Shown here piece by piece: positions 1 through 12,312 of a stretch of 62,266 nucleotides of DNA; the first letter of the stretch is position 1, and the number at the start of each line of letters is the position of its first letter. Source of the stretch: Macrostomum lignano (taxonomy: Eukaryota). The notes under the pieces are model-generated. The model worked only from the letters and a program-made list of their open reading frames with translations. It was not told the origin of the DNA and did no database searches. The position numbers and the translations under genes were made by a program. The stretch is from the NCBI GenBank assembly GCA_002269645.1, contig NIVC01001251.1:1-62266 (forward strand), given 5' to 3'.

Positions 1-176
1 GTGAGTTTATGGCCTGTATATTCGGCTACTTATCCGTTTGCATGCGTGCTCAGGGGTCAGCAAAATGGCATTCGAGTCAGCGATTGTAAAAGTCTTAAAA
101 CAAAGAGTTTACAATCAATGTAGGGTCATTTCAGTTCAGTTCATAACCCTGGTTGCGCTCGCCCTACACAGTTGAA

Positions 177-690
177 TTAGGTGTGACCAAAACAAGACGA
201 GACGAATTTCGCAATAAAAAAAATTAGACACGATACACTACAAATTCAGTCAACTACAGCCTTCGAAGTAATTGCCGCGTTTTCAAAGCCTCGCTTCCAT
301 CGCTGGTACCAGCTCCTGATGCAACCCCTGGAACTCCTCCTTCGTGAGCAGCCTTGTCACTCTGTCCTTGATGGACTCCAAATCTTCAACTCTTATTTAA
401 GAAACCTAAAAAACTTCAAAAACTGGAAGCGCCCTGTATACGTTGTTGCATTGTCGTGATGCAGCAACCAGGCATCATTATTCTCCAATTGTTCGCATCG
501 AACCCGCCGAATCTTCAACATCAGCCTCTCAAGCACTTTGCACTTCATCTCCATCGACCTCACAAAGCAGCTGGAGGCATTCCGATGGCTTTCGCCGAGC
601 TTCACTAAAAACTTGAGATTACCTCGCTACTCGTTCTTTATTTTCTGACATAGCAGTGTGGCAGCTATAACGAAAAATGATTGAAACATT
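177..690 (-). mobile_element. Internally deleted, degenerate mariner (Tc1/mariner) transposon remnant
   Basis: Minus strand reads an N-terminal HTH-like piece (MSENKE...KFLVKLGES), then the catalytic motif AWLLHHDNA, and near 258-275 the mariner C-terminal motif GNYFEG, with frameshifts. A TIR-like end TTAGGTGTGACCAAAA lies at about 177. Far shorter than a full transposase. The matching other TIR is not clear. Confidence 0.75.
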
Positions 691-1890
691 ATGAAAATTA
701 GATACTCGGACTCGTACTAGAAAAAAACTGCAAGAAACCACAACTCAGCATGCCTGAGTTGTGCAGTTGACACGTCATGGATATTTGTATGGCCCAGCAT
801 ACTCGTAGCTTTATTGCCTGCCACTATACTTCCGAATCCTCTTCTTCTTTTCTTCCGGTTGCAGTTTAGCGGCAGGTAATAAAAGGTGAGTAAGGGAGGA
901 AAGCAATTAAAATATTCCCAGAAATACTGGGTGAGGCCTCTGCTGTCAGTTCCGCCAGCAAGGCAGAGAGAGGCAAAAAGGCCGCCTTAAAAAGCTTTTC
1001 CAGCCATTTCGGAGCAAAACTGCTAGCTGCAACAGCTTACCTGGTCTCAGCTTGATTCGGCTTAAATTCGACGTTACTGTCTCTGTTGCTAAAGGTTTGT
1101 GTTTATTAAAAATTGCATATATCCCTAGCTACTTATCCTGGGATTGTCATTCTTTATTCTCAGTCTGAGTAGCTCAAAGGAAACCTACCTGACTCTTTTG
1201 CCTATCTGATTCTCATGCATCAGGGCCCACCCCAAGAGACAGAGTGTGCGCGGTACATGCTTGGCAATGTGAGAAATTCAGGGCTACCGTACACGTACAT
1301 TCCTCTGGCGTTCTGTCTGTTTCTTTACTGACTGACTGCAGTCGACCTTGATTAGCGGCCGTGGTTCAACCCCCCGCGAACAACCAATTTAACAAACTAA
1401 TCCCTCTAATCCCTCACGTCCAGCGTCGTTCTCGTATATTAAATCGGAATCCGTCACTTACTCCTGCCTTCTACCATTGTGATTTACTTGCTAGAAACTG
1501 TAACACCGAGTATAACTAGCTCGAATTATCGAAGCAGGTACACAGGAATCCTAATTCTATAAACGAAAAGGCCAATCAATATCAATAGAGCTATAAAAAA
1601 AGCAAGTCATATCAAAACATCGGGTCTGCCTTCTGTCAAAAGCAATTACAAAGTTTGTGCTGAAAATGTGTATTTTCGGTAAAACCAGCCTCCTAAAATT
1701 TTCCAAGAAAAGTAATCTCCCGTCCTTCTACTTGAGTAGCCCTTGTGGCATATATATATATATATAGGAGAGCGCATGCGTACAGGAATCAGGCAACGCC
1801 CTATTAACAAGCTATAGCTAATCCTTGAAAATATGCACTGATTCCGTACTAAGTGCCGCCTGAAATTGACTTTCCAGTTTACAGGCAGGT

Positions 1891-3519
1891 ATGCAGCTGC
1901 GGATATTAACCGGACTTGCGATCACCCTGTCACATCTCCTGCTCGTGGCATCCAGCACCGCTGAAGTCTTTGAAGATGAAAAAACTGGCGAAATAATCTT
2001 GTCAGTTACGTCCAGCCAGCCAGAGACCAGCTTCTACGGCGGTCTGGGCTTCACAAATTTGAATTGGGGAATTCGCAATACTTTGAAACGGTCTTTTGCC
2101 GCCGGTGAAGAGTTCTGCCTCTATTCGCCAGTGCTCGGAATGAGAAACTTGACTGTCTTCATCTTTGTGAGCAGTGCAGCTTGGCATGATTGATGAATTG
2201 CTTCTGCAAAAGATTTTTTATTGGATTTATAACTCTAATTTTAGGCTGAGAAGTACTGGGACTCCGACGCCGAATTCGAGCTTCTCGACTCCGAAGGTGT
2301 AACTCTGGAGTCCAAGCAGATGACCACCGAGGGCAATCGAATGCCCACTGCTCGAGTTAGTAAACGGGAAATACCCAAGCCTGGCAAGCATGCATTAATT
2401 TTTCCCTTCGATATTTTAGATTGAATGTACCAAAGATGCAGTATTGTATTTATTTGTCCACAGACTGCTGATGCACTTTACAGACGTGTATCAGCTCTGC
2501 GTCCGCAACAGGGGCTCCGCCAAAACTATCTTCATCGGCTTGCATCAGAGTCAGCGCAGCAAAATTATTGAGCTAACCAGCCTTTTAAACAACATGACAG
2601 CTGAATACACCATGACTGTGGTAAGTTCGCCCTTCCCGGGGTTCACAATACAATAGATCGTGCACCACAGTCCCATGTCCTACAGTCTAGAGATCGCACC
2701 ACAGTCCCATGTCCTACAGTCTAGAGATCGCACCACAGTCCCGTCCTACAGTCCAGAGATCGCACCACAGTCCCATGTCCTACAGTCCAGAGATCGCACC
2801 ACAGTCCCATGTCCTACAGTCCAGAGATCGCACCACAGTCCCATGTCCTACAGTCCAGAGATCGCACCACAGTCCCATGTCCTACAGTCCAGAGATCGCA
2901 CCACAGTCCCATGTCCTACAGTCCAGAGATCGCACCACAGTCCCATGTCCTACAGTCCAGAGATCGCACCACAGTCCCATGTCCTACAGTCCAGAGATCG
3001 CACCACAGTCCCATGTCCTACAGTCCAGAGATCGCACCACAGTCCCATGTCCTACAGTCCAGAGATCGCACCACAGTCCCATCCTACAGTCCAGAGATCG
3101 CACCACAGTCCCATCCTACAGTCCAGAGGCAAGAACCACTAGAAGTTACCGTTGTACCGACAAGTTACCGATACAACGGTACTAGCGTAACTTCTAGTGG
3201 ACCTGTCAAGAGATTACAGTATGGCCCCTTACAATCAATTCTTCACATGACAGGTCGATCATAATGCATCACACATGACATGTTAATCCTTTTGATATTA
3301 CAGGAAGTGATGTCTCGGATCGAGTATCGAATCGCCTCGCTGGAGGAGCTCGCCAAGACGGAATACTCTATCGTGATTCAGGACTTTTTCCGCCTTAAAA
3401 ATATTCGATCCTGGGTGATGTATCGAAGTATCGGAGTATCTTTGGGCATGCTGCTCAGTTCAGCCATGTCAACTATGATTATCAGGCGCTGGTTTAACTC
3501 ATCAAGGTCGTCAATTTAA
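1891..3519 (+). CDS. p24/TMED (emp24/gp25L)-like type I membrane protein, 255 aa, 4 exons
   Basis: Exons 1891-2166, 2245-2383, 2484-2620, 3304-3519 (768 nt, phases 0/1/0 consistent). Signal peptide MQLRILTGLAITLSHLLLVASS, GOLD-like motifs AAGEEFCLY and KPDVYQLCVRNRGSAKTIFIGL, coiled-coil SRIEYRIASLEELAKTEY, transmembrane helix VMYRSIGVSLGMLLSSAMSTMII, short tail RRWFNSSRSSI. Family assigned from motif recall. Confidence 0.7.
2661..3127. repeat. 34-bp minisatellite (GTCCAGAGATCGCACCACAGTCCCATGTCCTACA), about 13 copies, filling intron 3 of the TMED-like gene
   Basis: Directly visible tandem array. It explains the repetitive ORFs 2660-3264. Confidence 0.95.
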
Positions 3520-3598
3520 CCAGGATTTTATATATGCTTGGTGGGGGGTTAGGTTGCGGCGGACTATTAAAAGTCATTTATGCGGCCCTTAAGTGTCA

Positions 3599-3671
3599 GG
3601 TCTGGTGGTGTAGTGGTTATCACATCTGTCTCACACACAGAAGGTCCCCGGTTCGAGCCCGGGCCAGACCA
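3599..3671 (+). tRNA. tRNA-Val(CAC)
   Basis: Full cloverleaf: acceptor GGTCTGG/CCAGACC, D-arm GTG-TAGTGGTTAT-CAC, anticodon stem TCTGT/ACAGA with loop CT-CAC-AC, T-arm CCCGG-TTCGAGC-CCGGG. Pol III terminator TTTTT follows at about 3675. Confidence 0.95.
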
Positions 3672-4623
3672 CACTTTTTGCCTTTTTACGTACATATTCT
3701 TAAATGGGTTTATTTGTGCATATCGATGTCATTTAAGCTTTTGTCTGATTTATGGACTTAAATATAATTGAATTTTAGCCATTTCCCCTCGGGTTGCAGG
3801 CTTCTAGGCTCACTTTGAGTAGCCGATATGTATCGAAATAAACTATTTCCGATTTAACTTGCATGTATGGGCAAGTTCAACGTTCAAAGAAGCATTGTAG
3901 CGTGCTTCCATAAGGAACTAAGAACTGATTAGTTTTTTCTTCTTCAATTCTCTATGGACAAAATGATTTTTCTGCAGAGCGTAGACCAGTCACAGAGCAA
4001 TATATTTGAGCACTTCAACTCTTTAAAGTAGTATGAATTGCATTCGGCGATCTAATTTCCTCAGGCAGAAAATTATCAGAGCTTGATATCAAAATTCTGG
4101 CCGTGCACCGCCTCGTTCCTATTGGTTCATTTTGAATTGGTCAGAATTGCTCTCTGCATCCCTTAAAAACCCCTACCAGTGGTCACATTTTTATAATTAA
4201 TAGGCACAGAGACTTCAGAAAGTTTCTCATTTCATCAAAAATATTTTTAATAACAAAATTGGCATGGCTTCGGCTCCGTCGTCAGTCAACAGGCGACCCC
4301 CAGTTCGACAGTTCAGTCAGTGAGTACTTTCAACCACTGAGTCTATGGACTATGGAAAGTATCTTGAATGACTCTGCAATGTTTTGTCTATCAGATTCTA
4401 CCAGGTATAGACAGACTTCGCAGTTGAGAAAGTTTGTCTAGAAATAGTGTGAAAATATACGTTTGAGACGGCCTTTTTAGATTTTTAACTTATCCATATT
4501 TTGAATCGACAGTTAAGTGCCGTTTATTACATTTTTAATTGCTGTACTTATTTGTAATGAATAAGTTTACGGTCCACTCATTTCTCCCATGGGCACTCAA
4601 CTACATGTAAGGGACTACATAGC

Positions 4624-6055
4624 CTGGGGTTCGGCAAGCATTTTAAAATTAAGGACCAGATATACATTGCTGCGGGCCAGAGTGAGAAGAGAGAGGTGAG
4701 AGGAGAGGTAGGCGAAGGGACAGGAGGGATAAAGCTGAGAGCGGAGAGGAGCTGAGAGAAGAGAGGAGCTGAAAGGGGAGAGGAGCTGAGAGCGGAGAGG
4801 AGCTGAGAGAAGAGAGGAGCTGAGAGAAGAGAGGAGCTGAGAGAAGAGAGGAGCTGAGAGGGGAGAGGAGCTGAGAGCGGAGAGAAGCTGAGAGCGGAGA
4901 GGAGCTGAGAGGGAAGAGGAGCTGAGAGGGGAGAGGAGCTGAAAGGGGAGAGGAGCTGAGAGCGGAGAGGAGCTGAGAGAAGAGAGGAGCTGAGAGAAGA
5001 GAGGAGCTGAGAGAAGAGAGGAGCTGAGAGAAGAGAGGAGCTGAGAGAAGAGAGGAGCTGAGAGCGGAGAGGAGCTGAGAGCGGAGAGGAGCTGAGAGCG
5101 GAGAGGAGCTGAGAGGGGAGAGGAGCTGAGAGCGGAGAGGAGATGAGAGCGGAGAGAAGCTTGAGAGGGGAGAGGAGCTTGAGAGGGGAAAGGAGCTGAG
5201 AGCGGAGAGGAGCTGAGAGCGGAGAGGAGCTGAGAGAAGAGAGGAGCTGAGAGAAGAGAGGAGCTGAGAGAAGAGAGGAGCTGAGAGAAGAGAGGAGCTG
5301 AGAGCGGAGAGGAGCTGAGAGCGGAGAGGAGCTGAGAGCGGAGAGAAGCTGAGAGCGGAGAGGAGCTGAGAGGGAAGAGGAGCTGAGAGGAGAGAGAAGC
5401 TTGAGAGGGGAGAGGAGCTTGAGAGGGGAGAGGAGCTGAGAGCGGAGAGCAGCTGAGAGTGGAGAGAAGATGAGAGCGGAGAGAAGCTTGAGAGGGGAGA
5501 GGAGCTGAGAGCGGAGAGGAGCTGAGAGCGGAGAGGAGCTGAGAGGGGAGAGGAGCTGAGAGCGGAGAGGAGCTGAGAGGGGAGAGGAGCTGAGAGCAGA
5601 GAGGAGATGAGAGCGGAGAGAAGCTTGAGAGGGGAGAGGAGCTTGAGAGGGGAGAGGAGCTGAGAGCGGAGAGGAGCTGAGAGTGGAGAGGAGATGAGAG
5701 CGGAGAGAAGCTTGAGAGGGGAGAGGAGCTGAGAGCGGAGAGGAGCTGAGAGGGAAGAGGAGCTGAGAGCGGAGAGGAGCTGAGAGGGAAGAGGAGCTGA
5801 AAGGGGAGAGGAGCTGAGAGGGAAGAGGAGCTGAGAGGGGAGAGATGAGAGAGAGGGGCGGAGAGAAAGGAAAAGGGAGAGGGGAGACGGGAGAGGGGAG
5901 AGGGGAAGGGGAGATGAGAGAGGAAAGGAGAAAAAGAAAAGAGAGCTAAGAAGAGACACAAGCCTTGAGTGGACTGTATTGCTATTGTGCAGAAGTTTCA
6001 GAGGACCCGAGGGCCGGATAGAGAGGCTTTGCGGGCCGGAGTCTGCCGACCCCTG
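4624..6055. mobile_element. hAT (Charlie/Buster-like) non-autonomous element whose interior is a GA-rich minisatellite
   Basis: Left end CTGGGGTTCGGCAAG...GCGGGCCAGA. Right end GCGGGCCGGAGTCTGCCGACCCCTG (reverse complement CAGGGGTCGGCAGAC), typical of Charlie-type termini. No clean TSD pair is visible. Confidence 0.6.
4682..5950. repeat. 17-bp purine-rich minisatellite (GAGAGGAGCTGAGAGCG and variants) with GA-rich flanks
   Basis: Visible array. Source of the Ser/Leu/Pro minus-strand ORFs 4615-6109. Confidence 0.95.
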
Positions 6056-6158
6056 ACTTATACGAGTAGCATATAGACGGTAGCTGTAACCGTCCTGGAT
6101 AAACGACACTTATATCCACCTAGTTCTCATCAAAGTCTCCACATGGCACCGCAGAAAC

Positions 6159-9100
6159 ATGACCCTTCGTCGGGCAGCCCGGCAGGCTCTGACCTCGGAC
6201 GAGTGCCGCACCTTCAAAGCGGCGCTGCGAGCCTTCCGCGAGACCAGCACCACGGAGCAGCTGGTTAGCGACCTGCAGAAACTGCTGGACGCACCAAAGA
6301 AGCTGGACCTGCTGCGCGAGATCGCCCTGCTGATCCTGCCAATCAGCGGCACGAATTTCTTCGCCTGGCAAAGAGGCGCTTCAAAGGCGCCGCCCTGCTG
6401 CTTGACGAGGCCTTCATAGCCGCCGAGTTTGAGCACCGGTTCGGCCGCAAGTGGCACGGCGGCGCCGGTGTCAACGAGTTCGACGAGGCAAACGGCGGCG
6501 ATAGCAGCGACGACGACTGGTTGAGAGCTTCGTGGCCTCGCCGAGGCGTTTCGCTGTCGTCTTCGACTTCGTCAACGGCTGCAGATGCAGATGCGGCAAT
6601 GGAGGATGCAGCCGAGGCGGAGCGGATCATAACGGTGGACCGCAGTGCCACCATCCGTCGGCTGAACGACGACGCCACAGCTGGACGCCTCATCAAGCTC
6701 GGCTCGGCAACGTTTCAGGTCCGTTTTTAGTTTTTAGTTTAGTTTTAGTTTTCAATTTTAGGAGGCAGCTTTTACCTAATTCGAGTAAAATTGTCACGGA
6801 CAAAGATGTTTGCTATGTGTAATAGATTGAAGCTAAAGGCTTGTAATTGAGTTGAGTGCGTAGAAAAACGAAGAGAGCCAGATCATACAGGTCTTACGAG
6901 TATAAAGAGCCAGGCTCTTTATACTCGTAAGACACGTTTATTTTATCCTAGGACTAAAGATAGGGTGGTTGGCCTGACTGCCCAGACCCCACCATGCTAG
7001 CCACGCGTGAAACGCAAACAAACAACCCGGCGCAGTGCACATGCACTGAAACACACTAGCCAATCAGCGCGCTCGCAAATACTAACAAACTAAGAATGCA
7101 CTAAGAGCAAGCATCCCCCAGATAGAAAGTACACCCCCCCCCAGATAGCAAGTAGCTAGTGCAATAATTTCATCAGCTAGTGCAACAATCTACGCACATG
7201 TTCTGAGCCTTAAAATCATAAAAATGGCTCAAGGATGAATTTTTTATATGAATCTTTTTCAAACTGCCCTCTAAACATTTCCACGAAACGTAATTTCCCA
7301 TCCTTCTACTTGAGCAGTCCTTGGTCTCTCTCCCAACTCACTCTTGCTTATCAACAGGTTCGCTACAAATCCCGACTGCCCTTGACCCTACTGGACAACG
7401 ATATTACTGATGAAGAGGCAGCTCATGCAGCCTCAAAGGAAACGGCGAGTCTTCAGCTTCAACAGTTGTCACCAGCGTCTCCGTCGCCTCCTCTTCCGCC
7501 GCCCCACCGCCGCCTGCGCCGCCGCTTTGGAGGGCGGTCAAATCTCTAACAGCGTCGCCAACCTCGCCATCCTCGTCCTCTTCGTCCTCTTCGACGCCGA
7601 CGTCATCTTCCACTCCGACGGCTGCAGAAGCGACGCCAGACGAGGATTCGGATGACGAAGCCGAAGAAGAAGTCGAAGATCAGAAAGTCGAGGAAACTGA
7701 AGACACGGCGGCCGAGGACGAGGCGGACTTGGTCGAGCTGATGCGGCAACGATTTCTGCCCGGTTTCTGGCCGCGACCGAGTCGGCAGCCGCCAACCAGG
7801 CAGCATCGCTTGGAGGAGCTGAGCAGCAGCGCTGATGAGCGAGTCTTCGCTCCTGCCGGGCACTTTGAGGACCCCCGGGACAGACGGTTTCCCAAACCAC
7901 AACCGTCTCAAAGCAAGTGAGCATTCTAAAAAGAAGTTTTAGGGTAGTTAACTTGAGAGTTCGGGTAGCTTCACAGTACTGAAATGTCGCAACGCCGAAG
8001 TTACAATGCAGTAAGGCTTTTTCATTTCCTATCGAATGGCACCCACAGACGCTTTGCATTCGACTCAACTCCAATAGAACAGAAGCAGCAAAAACAAAAG
8101 CGGAGAGACGTTAAGGACTCGCCGGGCCGGTCAGGAACAGGTGAGCTCCAAAGTACATTATCTAATTCGGTAATTAGTCAGGATTTTATAGCTTAGCGAC
8201 CAAGCCTTTTACTGATGCTTGTTACTCTCTCACCATCTTGCAAATGAGTGCATCTCAAATGCATCGGACCACTGCATGCAATAGAAAATACGTTCTGCGC
8301 CAACTCCTCCCTATAACTTGCGGGGTACCTCGGAGTTGCTTCATTGCACGTGGAACTGGCAGCTAAATTGCTGTACGAGCGTAAATACGAGTACACTTTA
8401 AAGTACTTGGCCGTGCCTCAGTCACCGCTCTCCGACTCCCTTACCCTGCTTACCCAGCAGCCATCGCTGCAGCTGACCCGCTTAATCCTTAATTATCTTG
8501 TGCATGTGTTTTCTGGCCTAAAATACTGGGCAGACGGGCAGAATTTGAAGCGGGGTCGGGAAAAACTACTGATTTTTCAGCCATCGATCAAAATTCATCG
8601 CCTCAATGCTTTGCAGGCAGGACAGCTGCAACGTCTGATTGACTTTCAAATAATCCTTATTTCCGAAGCACGCAACAGCTTAATTTGCGTTTGAGATATC
8701 TTTTCGGTAGAGCAGGTTCCTGTTATTTTCAAAAAGATAGCTTTCTGCGTCATTAATCTCCCAGTTGCTGAACGACATCGGATATGAGCTAAAGCAGCAG
8801 CAGTCAACCTGCACTCAAATGCAACAACAATACACGCGTAGAAATCTACATTTACAGTGAATTTTAAAAATCGAAGTGAAAATATAAGTGATGAGTGAAG
8901 GCAGGGGCCACTTAGAACAAGATTTAGCCTCCCAGATCGAAAGAACTTGTTAACGTACTCACTAGCTCGTACATTCAGCTCCAGAAGCGTCTCTGAGCCC
9001 AGCCGACAGGGCTAGCCAGCTTCATCGCAGGCTACTCTACACTCCGGCGTCTCGGCCGCTACAGGCGTCTTACTCAAATCGGACAGCAGCAGCCGCAGCC

Positions 9101-11808
9101 TCCACCGTAGGGGGCCTCAACGAGGGCCTGGCCTCTTCTCTCTCCTCGTCCGCGACCTTGGACAGCGACTTCTTTCTAAACTCTGGCCGTCTGCACGACC
9201 GTATTGCAGATCTGAGCAACGAATTCGAGGCGCAGTTTCTGTCGAATAAGACGCGCGCTTCGGCGAAGGACTGCGGTGTTGTAGGCGATGCAGCGTCGTG
9301 GGCAACCGACCGAGCGGTGCAGTGCGACTTGGTCGGTAAGATAGACGCCTCATCCTGTTGAAGCCTTTTTGGCTCCAATGTTTGGGATTAAAACTTTAAC
9401 TGGCACTATGGTTACTGAAACGATAGGCAATGGCATTGGTTAGCACTGAAATGATATACAATCGCATTGGTTAGCACTGAAATGACATGCAATGGCATTG
9501 GTTAGCACTGAAATGACATGCAATGGCATTGGTTAGCACTGAAATGATATACAATGGCATTGGTTAGCACTGAAATGATATACAATCGCATTGGTTAGCA
9601 CTGAAATGACATGCAATGGCATTGGTTAGCACTGAAATGACATGCAATGGCATTGGTTAGCACTGAAATGACATACAATGGCATTGGTTAGCACTGAAAT
9701 GATATACAATGGCATTGGTTAGCACTGAAATGATATACAATCGCATTGGTTAGCACTGAAATGACATACAATGGCATTGGTTAGCACTGAAATGATATAC
9801 AATGGCATTGGTTAGCACTGAAATGACATGCAATGGCATTGGTTAGCACTGAAATGATATACAATGGCATTGGTTAGCACTGAAATGACATGCAATGGCA
9901 TTGGTTAGCACTGAAATGATATACAATGGCATTGGTTAGCACTGAAATGATGTCCTTGATTCAACTGTATCTGCCTTTTAGAGTGCAAAGCCTGAGAGTT
10001 CGTTTGAAGTTCCCGGTCGAGAGTAGTTTAGTACAATCTGCTCAAAATTGGCCTCTCTTTCTCGCAATTTGACGCAGCTCAGAAAGCATCACTCCAAAGA
10101 GCACAGCATACTCAGGCTGAGCAGAAAATGAAATTGGACCATTAATCTTTTACCGCCGCAGAGTGAAGGAGCGTGATGGCGTGCGGTTGCCCGGCGTTTG
10201 TTTTACTGCTCACCCGCTCCGTGTGGACAGCGGGGACTCAGGGACAGCAGGAGCTGCTGAACTGTGTCGCGGATAGTTAATCTCATGTTAGCTATTTGGC
10301 TCAACTCGCCCGTCCGTAAATTAGAAATTTTAGAAGAATCAATAAGAGAGAATCGATAGAACCGGCGGGATAGGCCAACACAAAGCTGTCACGCTCTTAT
10401 CTATTTGGTCTGAGTGCTTTTCTCTCGCTCTTTCTCTCTCAGTTGGTTTATACAATTCTGTTTTCAGAGATAGCTAGCGGGTCTGGCAATGATGCAGCTA
10501 GATAATAGCTAGTCAAACTACTACAGGGCTCAGACAGATAGATAAGGTCCGCGAGCTATAGCTAGTCGCGCACTTTTGTCTAAGCTGTCCCGGCTCAGTC
10601 GTTGGCCTAATTAGTCCAATCTACTGCCTGACTGTGTGGAGTGGAATTGAGCAAATTAAATCAATTTGCGTCAAGCCTCCTGGGCCGACTTCTTCGCTAG
10701 CAATTTGTCAATTAGTAATTTGCTAGTATATTGACGCCGATGCAATAATACAAACTTACTCTGGACAAATTCATTTTCATATTAGCTATTGCCTATTGTT
10801 GTGTGTTAAATGTCCAGACAGAGTGAACTAATGCTGATTTGGTAAACAGTGCGTGTTTTCCGGCATTTTGAGAGGCTAATCTCATTATGGATAGCAGGAA
10901 TGGTTTTAATCTAAGCTGCATAATGAAGGTTCACCTCCTTGATCTGAGAAGTTTGCAGATCAAGGAGGTGATTTTGTTGGTTTACAGGAGGTATTTCAGC
11001 TTGCATAACACACGGGTATCTCAGCTTGAATAACACACGGATATCTCAACTCTCTCTCTCTCTCTCTCTCGCTACATTGCAGACAGCCAAGCCAACTTAG
11101 CAGTCTCAAAAGCGGCGGCAGCGCCGCTGGAGCCTCCAGTTGCGTTTTACCTTGTTCCATTTCCGACGCCCTGGATGCCTCCTCCGCCCCCGACTGCTCC
11201 GCCTCCGCCGTCTCCGCCGCCTCCAACGCCCCCACCGCCGTCGACAGCTCGCGCTGTCAATCCAGCACAGCAGCAGGTGTCGCTGCCAAAACCGCCGCTG
11301 CCGTCAATGGCCGGGTCTGCCAGCCTGTGCCACTGGGGCGTCGGCGGCGGCGGCGCCTTCTACTGGCCGGGCCTGGTGCGCCAGCCGGCCGACGCGCAAC
11401 TGCGGGTTCGCCGAGTCACCCTGCAGCGCGTCAACGGTGCCTTCGGCCTGTCGCTGATCGCCAGGCCGGACAGCGGCGGCAGCGGCGGGGGCCACGCCGG
11501 ATTGACGAGGTTCTTCGTCTCGTCTGTGGCCACCGGCAGCGGAGCGCAGCTGCAGGTGAGAATTGAACTCAGTCATTCACCCACCCACTTACTCACTCAC
11601 TCACTCACTCAGCCTCCTCTTCAAGGATGTGCAGCCAGGCGATGAGGTGGTGAAGCTGGACAACAGCCCCGTGGGGGGCATGTCGCTGATGGAGCTCGGT
11701 TTGGCGATTCGCAGCCGCAGCCGGATGGAGCTCAGCCTCCGAACAGCTCGACTAGTCGGGACCGACTGCGGCGCCGCAGCGACTGACGCAGCTGGAGAAG
11801 TCATCTGA
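6159..11808 (+). CDS. Whirlin/harmonin-like scaffold: harmonin-N-like (HHD) domain, low-complexity Pro/Ser/acidic linker, single C-terminal PDZ. About 741 aa after correcting two 1-nt deletions
   Basis: Exons 6159-6718, 7358-7916, 8049-8140, 8979-9335, 11083-11555, 11626-11808, all GT-AG with consistent phases (0,2,1,1,0) once +1 C is restored at about 6336 and about 7505. HHD: LRRAARQALTSDECRTFKAALRAF...LLDAPKKLDLLREIALLI(P)ANQRHEF. PDZ: RRVTLQRVNGAFGLSL...FFVSSVATGSGAQLQDVQPGDEVVKLDNSPV. The start codon is uncertain because the frame is open back to an acceptor at 6123. Confidence 0.72.
9426..9953. repeat. 31-bp minisatellite (CAATGGCATTGGTTAGCACTGAAATGATATA), about 17 copies, intronic
   Basis: Visible tandem array in intron 4 of the PDZ gene. 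Confidence 0.95.
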
Positions 11809-12312
11809 CCAACCGGGTTGTCGCGGCGTTGAAAACTCTTCTTCAAAGTTAGTTAATTAAGCAATATTTAAAATATTAATTAGTGACATATAGGACAAGT
11901 GTTCGAGAAGATACATGTGATCTAGAATTAATAATAAAAAACCAATTATCAACATTTGTAAGTCGACGCGTTTCGCACTCCGTGGTGCATCTTCGGGTTT
12001 ATTTTATTAGAACGAACAAAAAAACTGAGGCTAACGATAATACATATTTGTGTGAGGCAAAAAAATGAATTTTTTGATGAGTAATTACCTGTCTATTGAT
12101 CTTCGGACAAATTAAGTTGTCTTACTTAATCGCGAATGAATCAAATAGAAACTTGCTGGAGAATTTTGCTGGGAGTAGGCACGTACCTAACTGCAACTCC
12201 ACACAAGCCCAAGTCTGCGAGTAAATTAGCATACAGCTTAATGTACATTTAATCCCCGAGTGTGCCTGAAATCAATTGAAAAAATACAATTTTCTCCTGA
12301 TATCGTCTAAAC

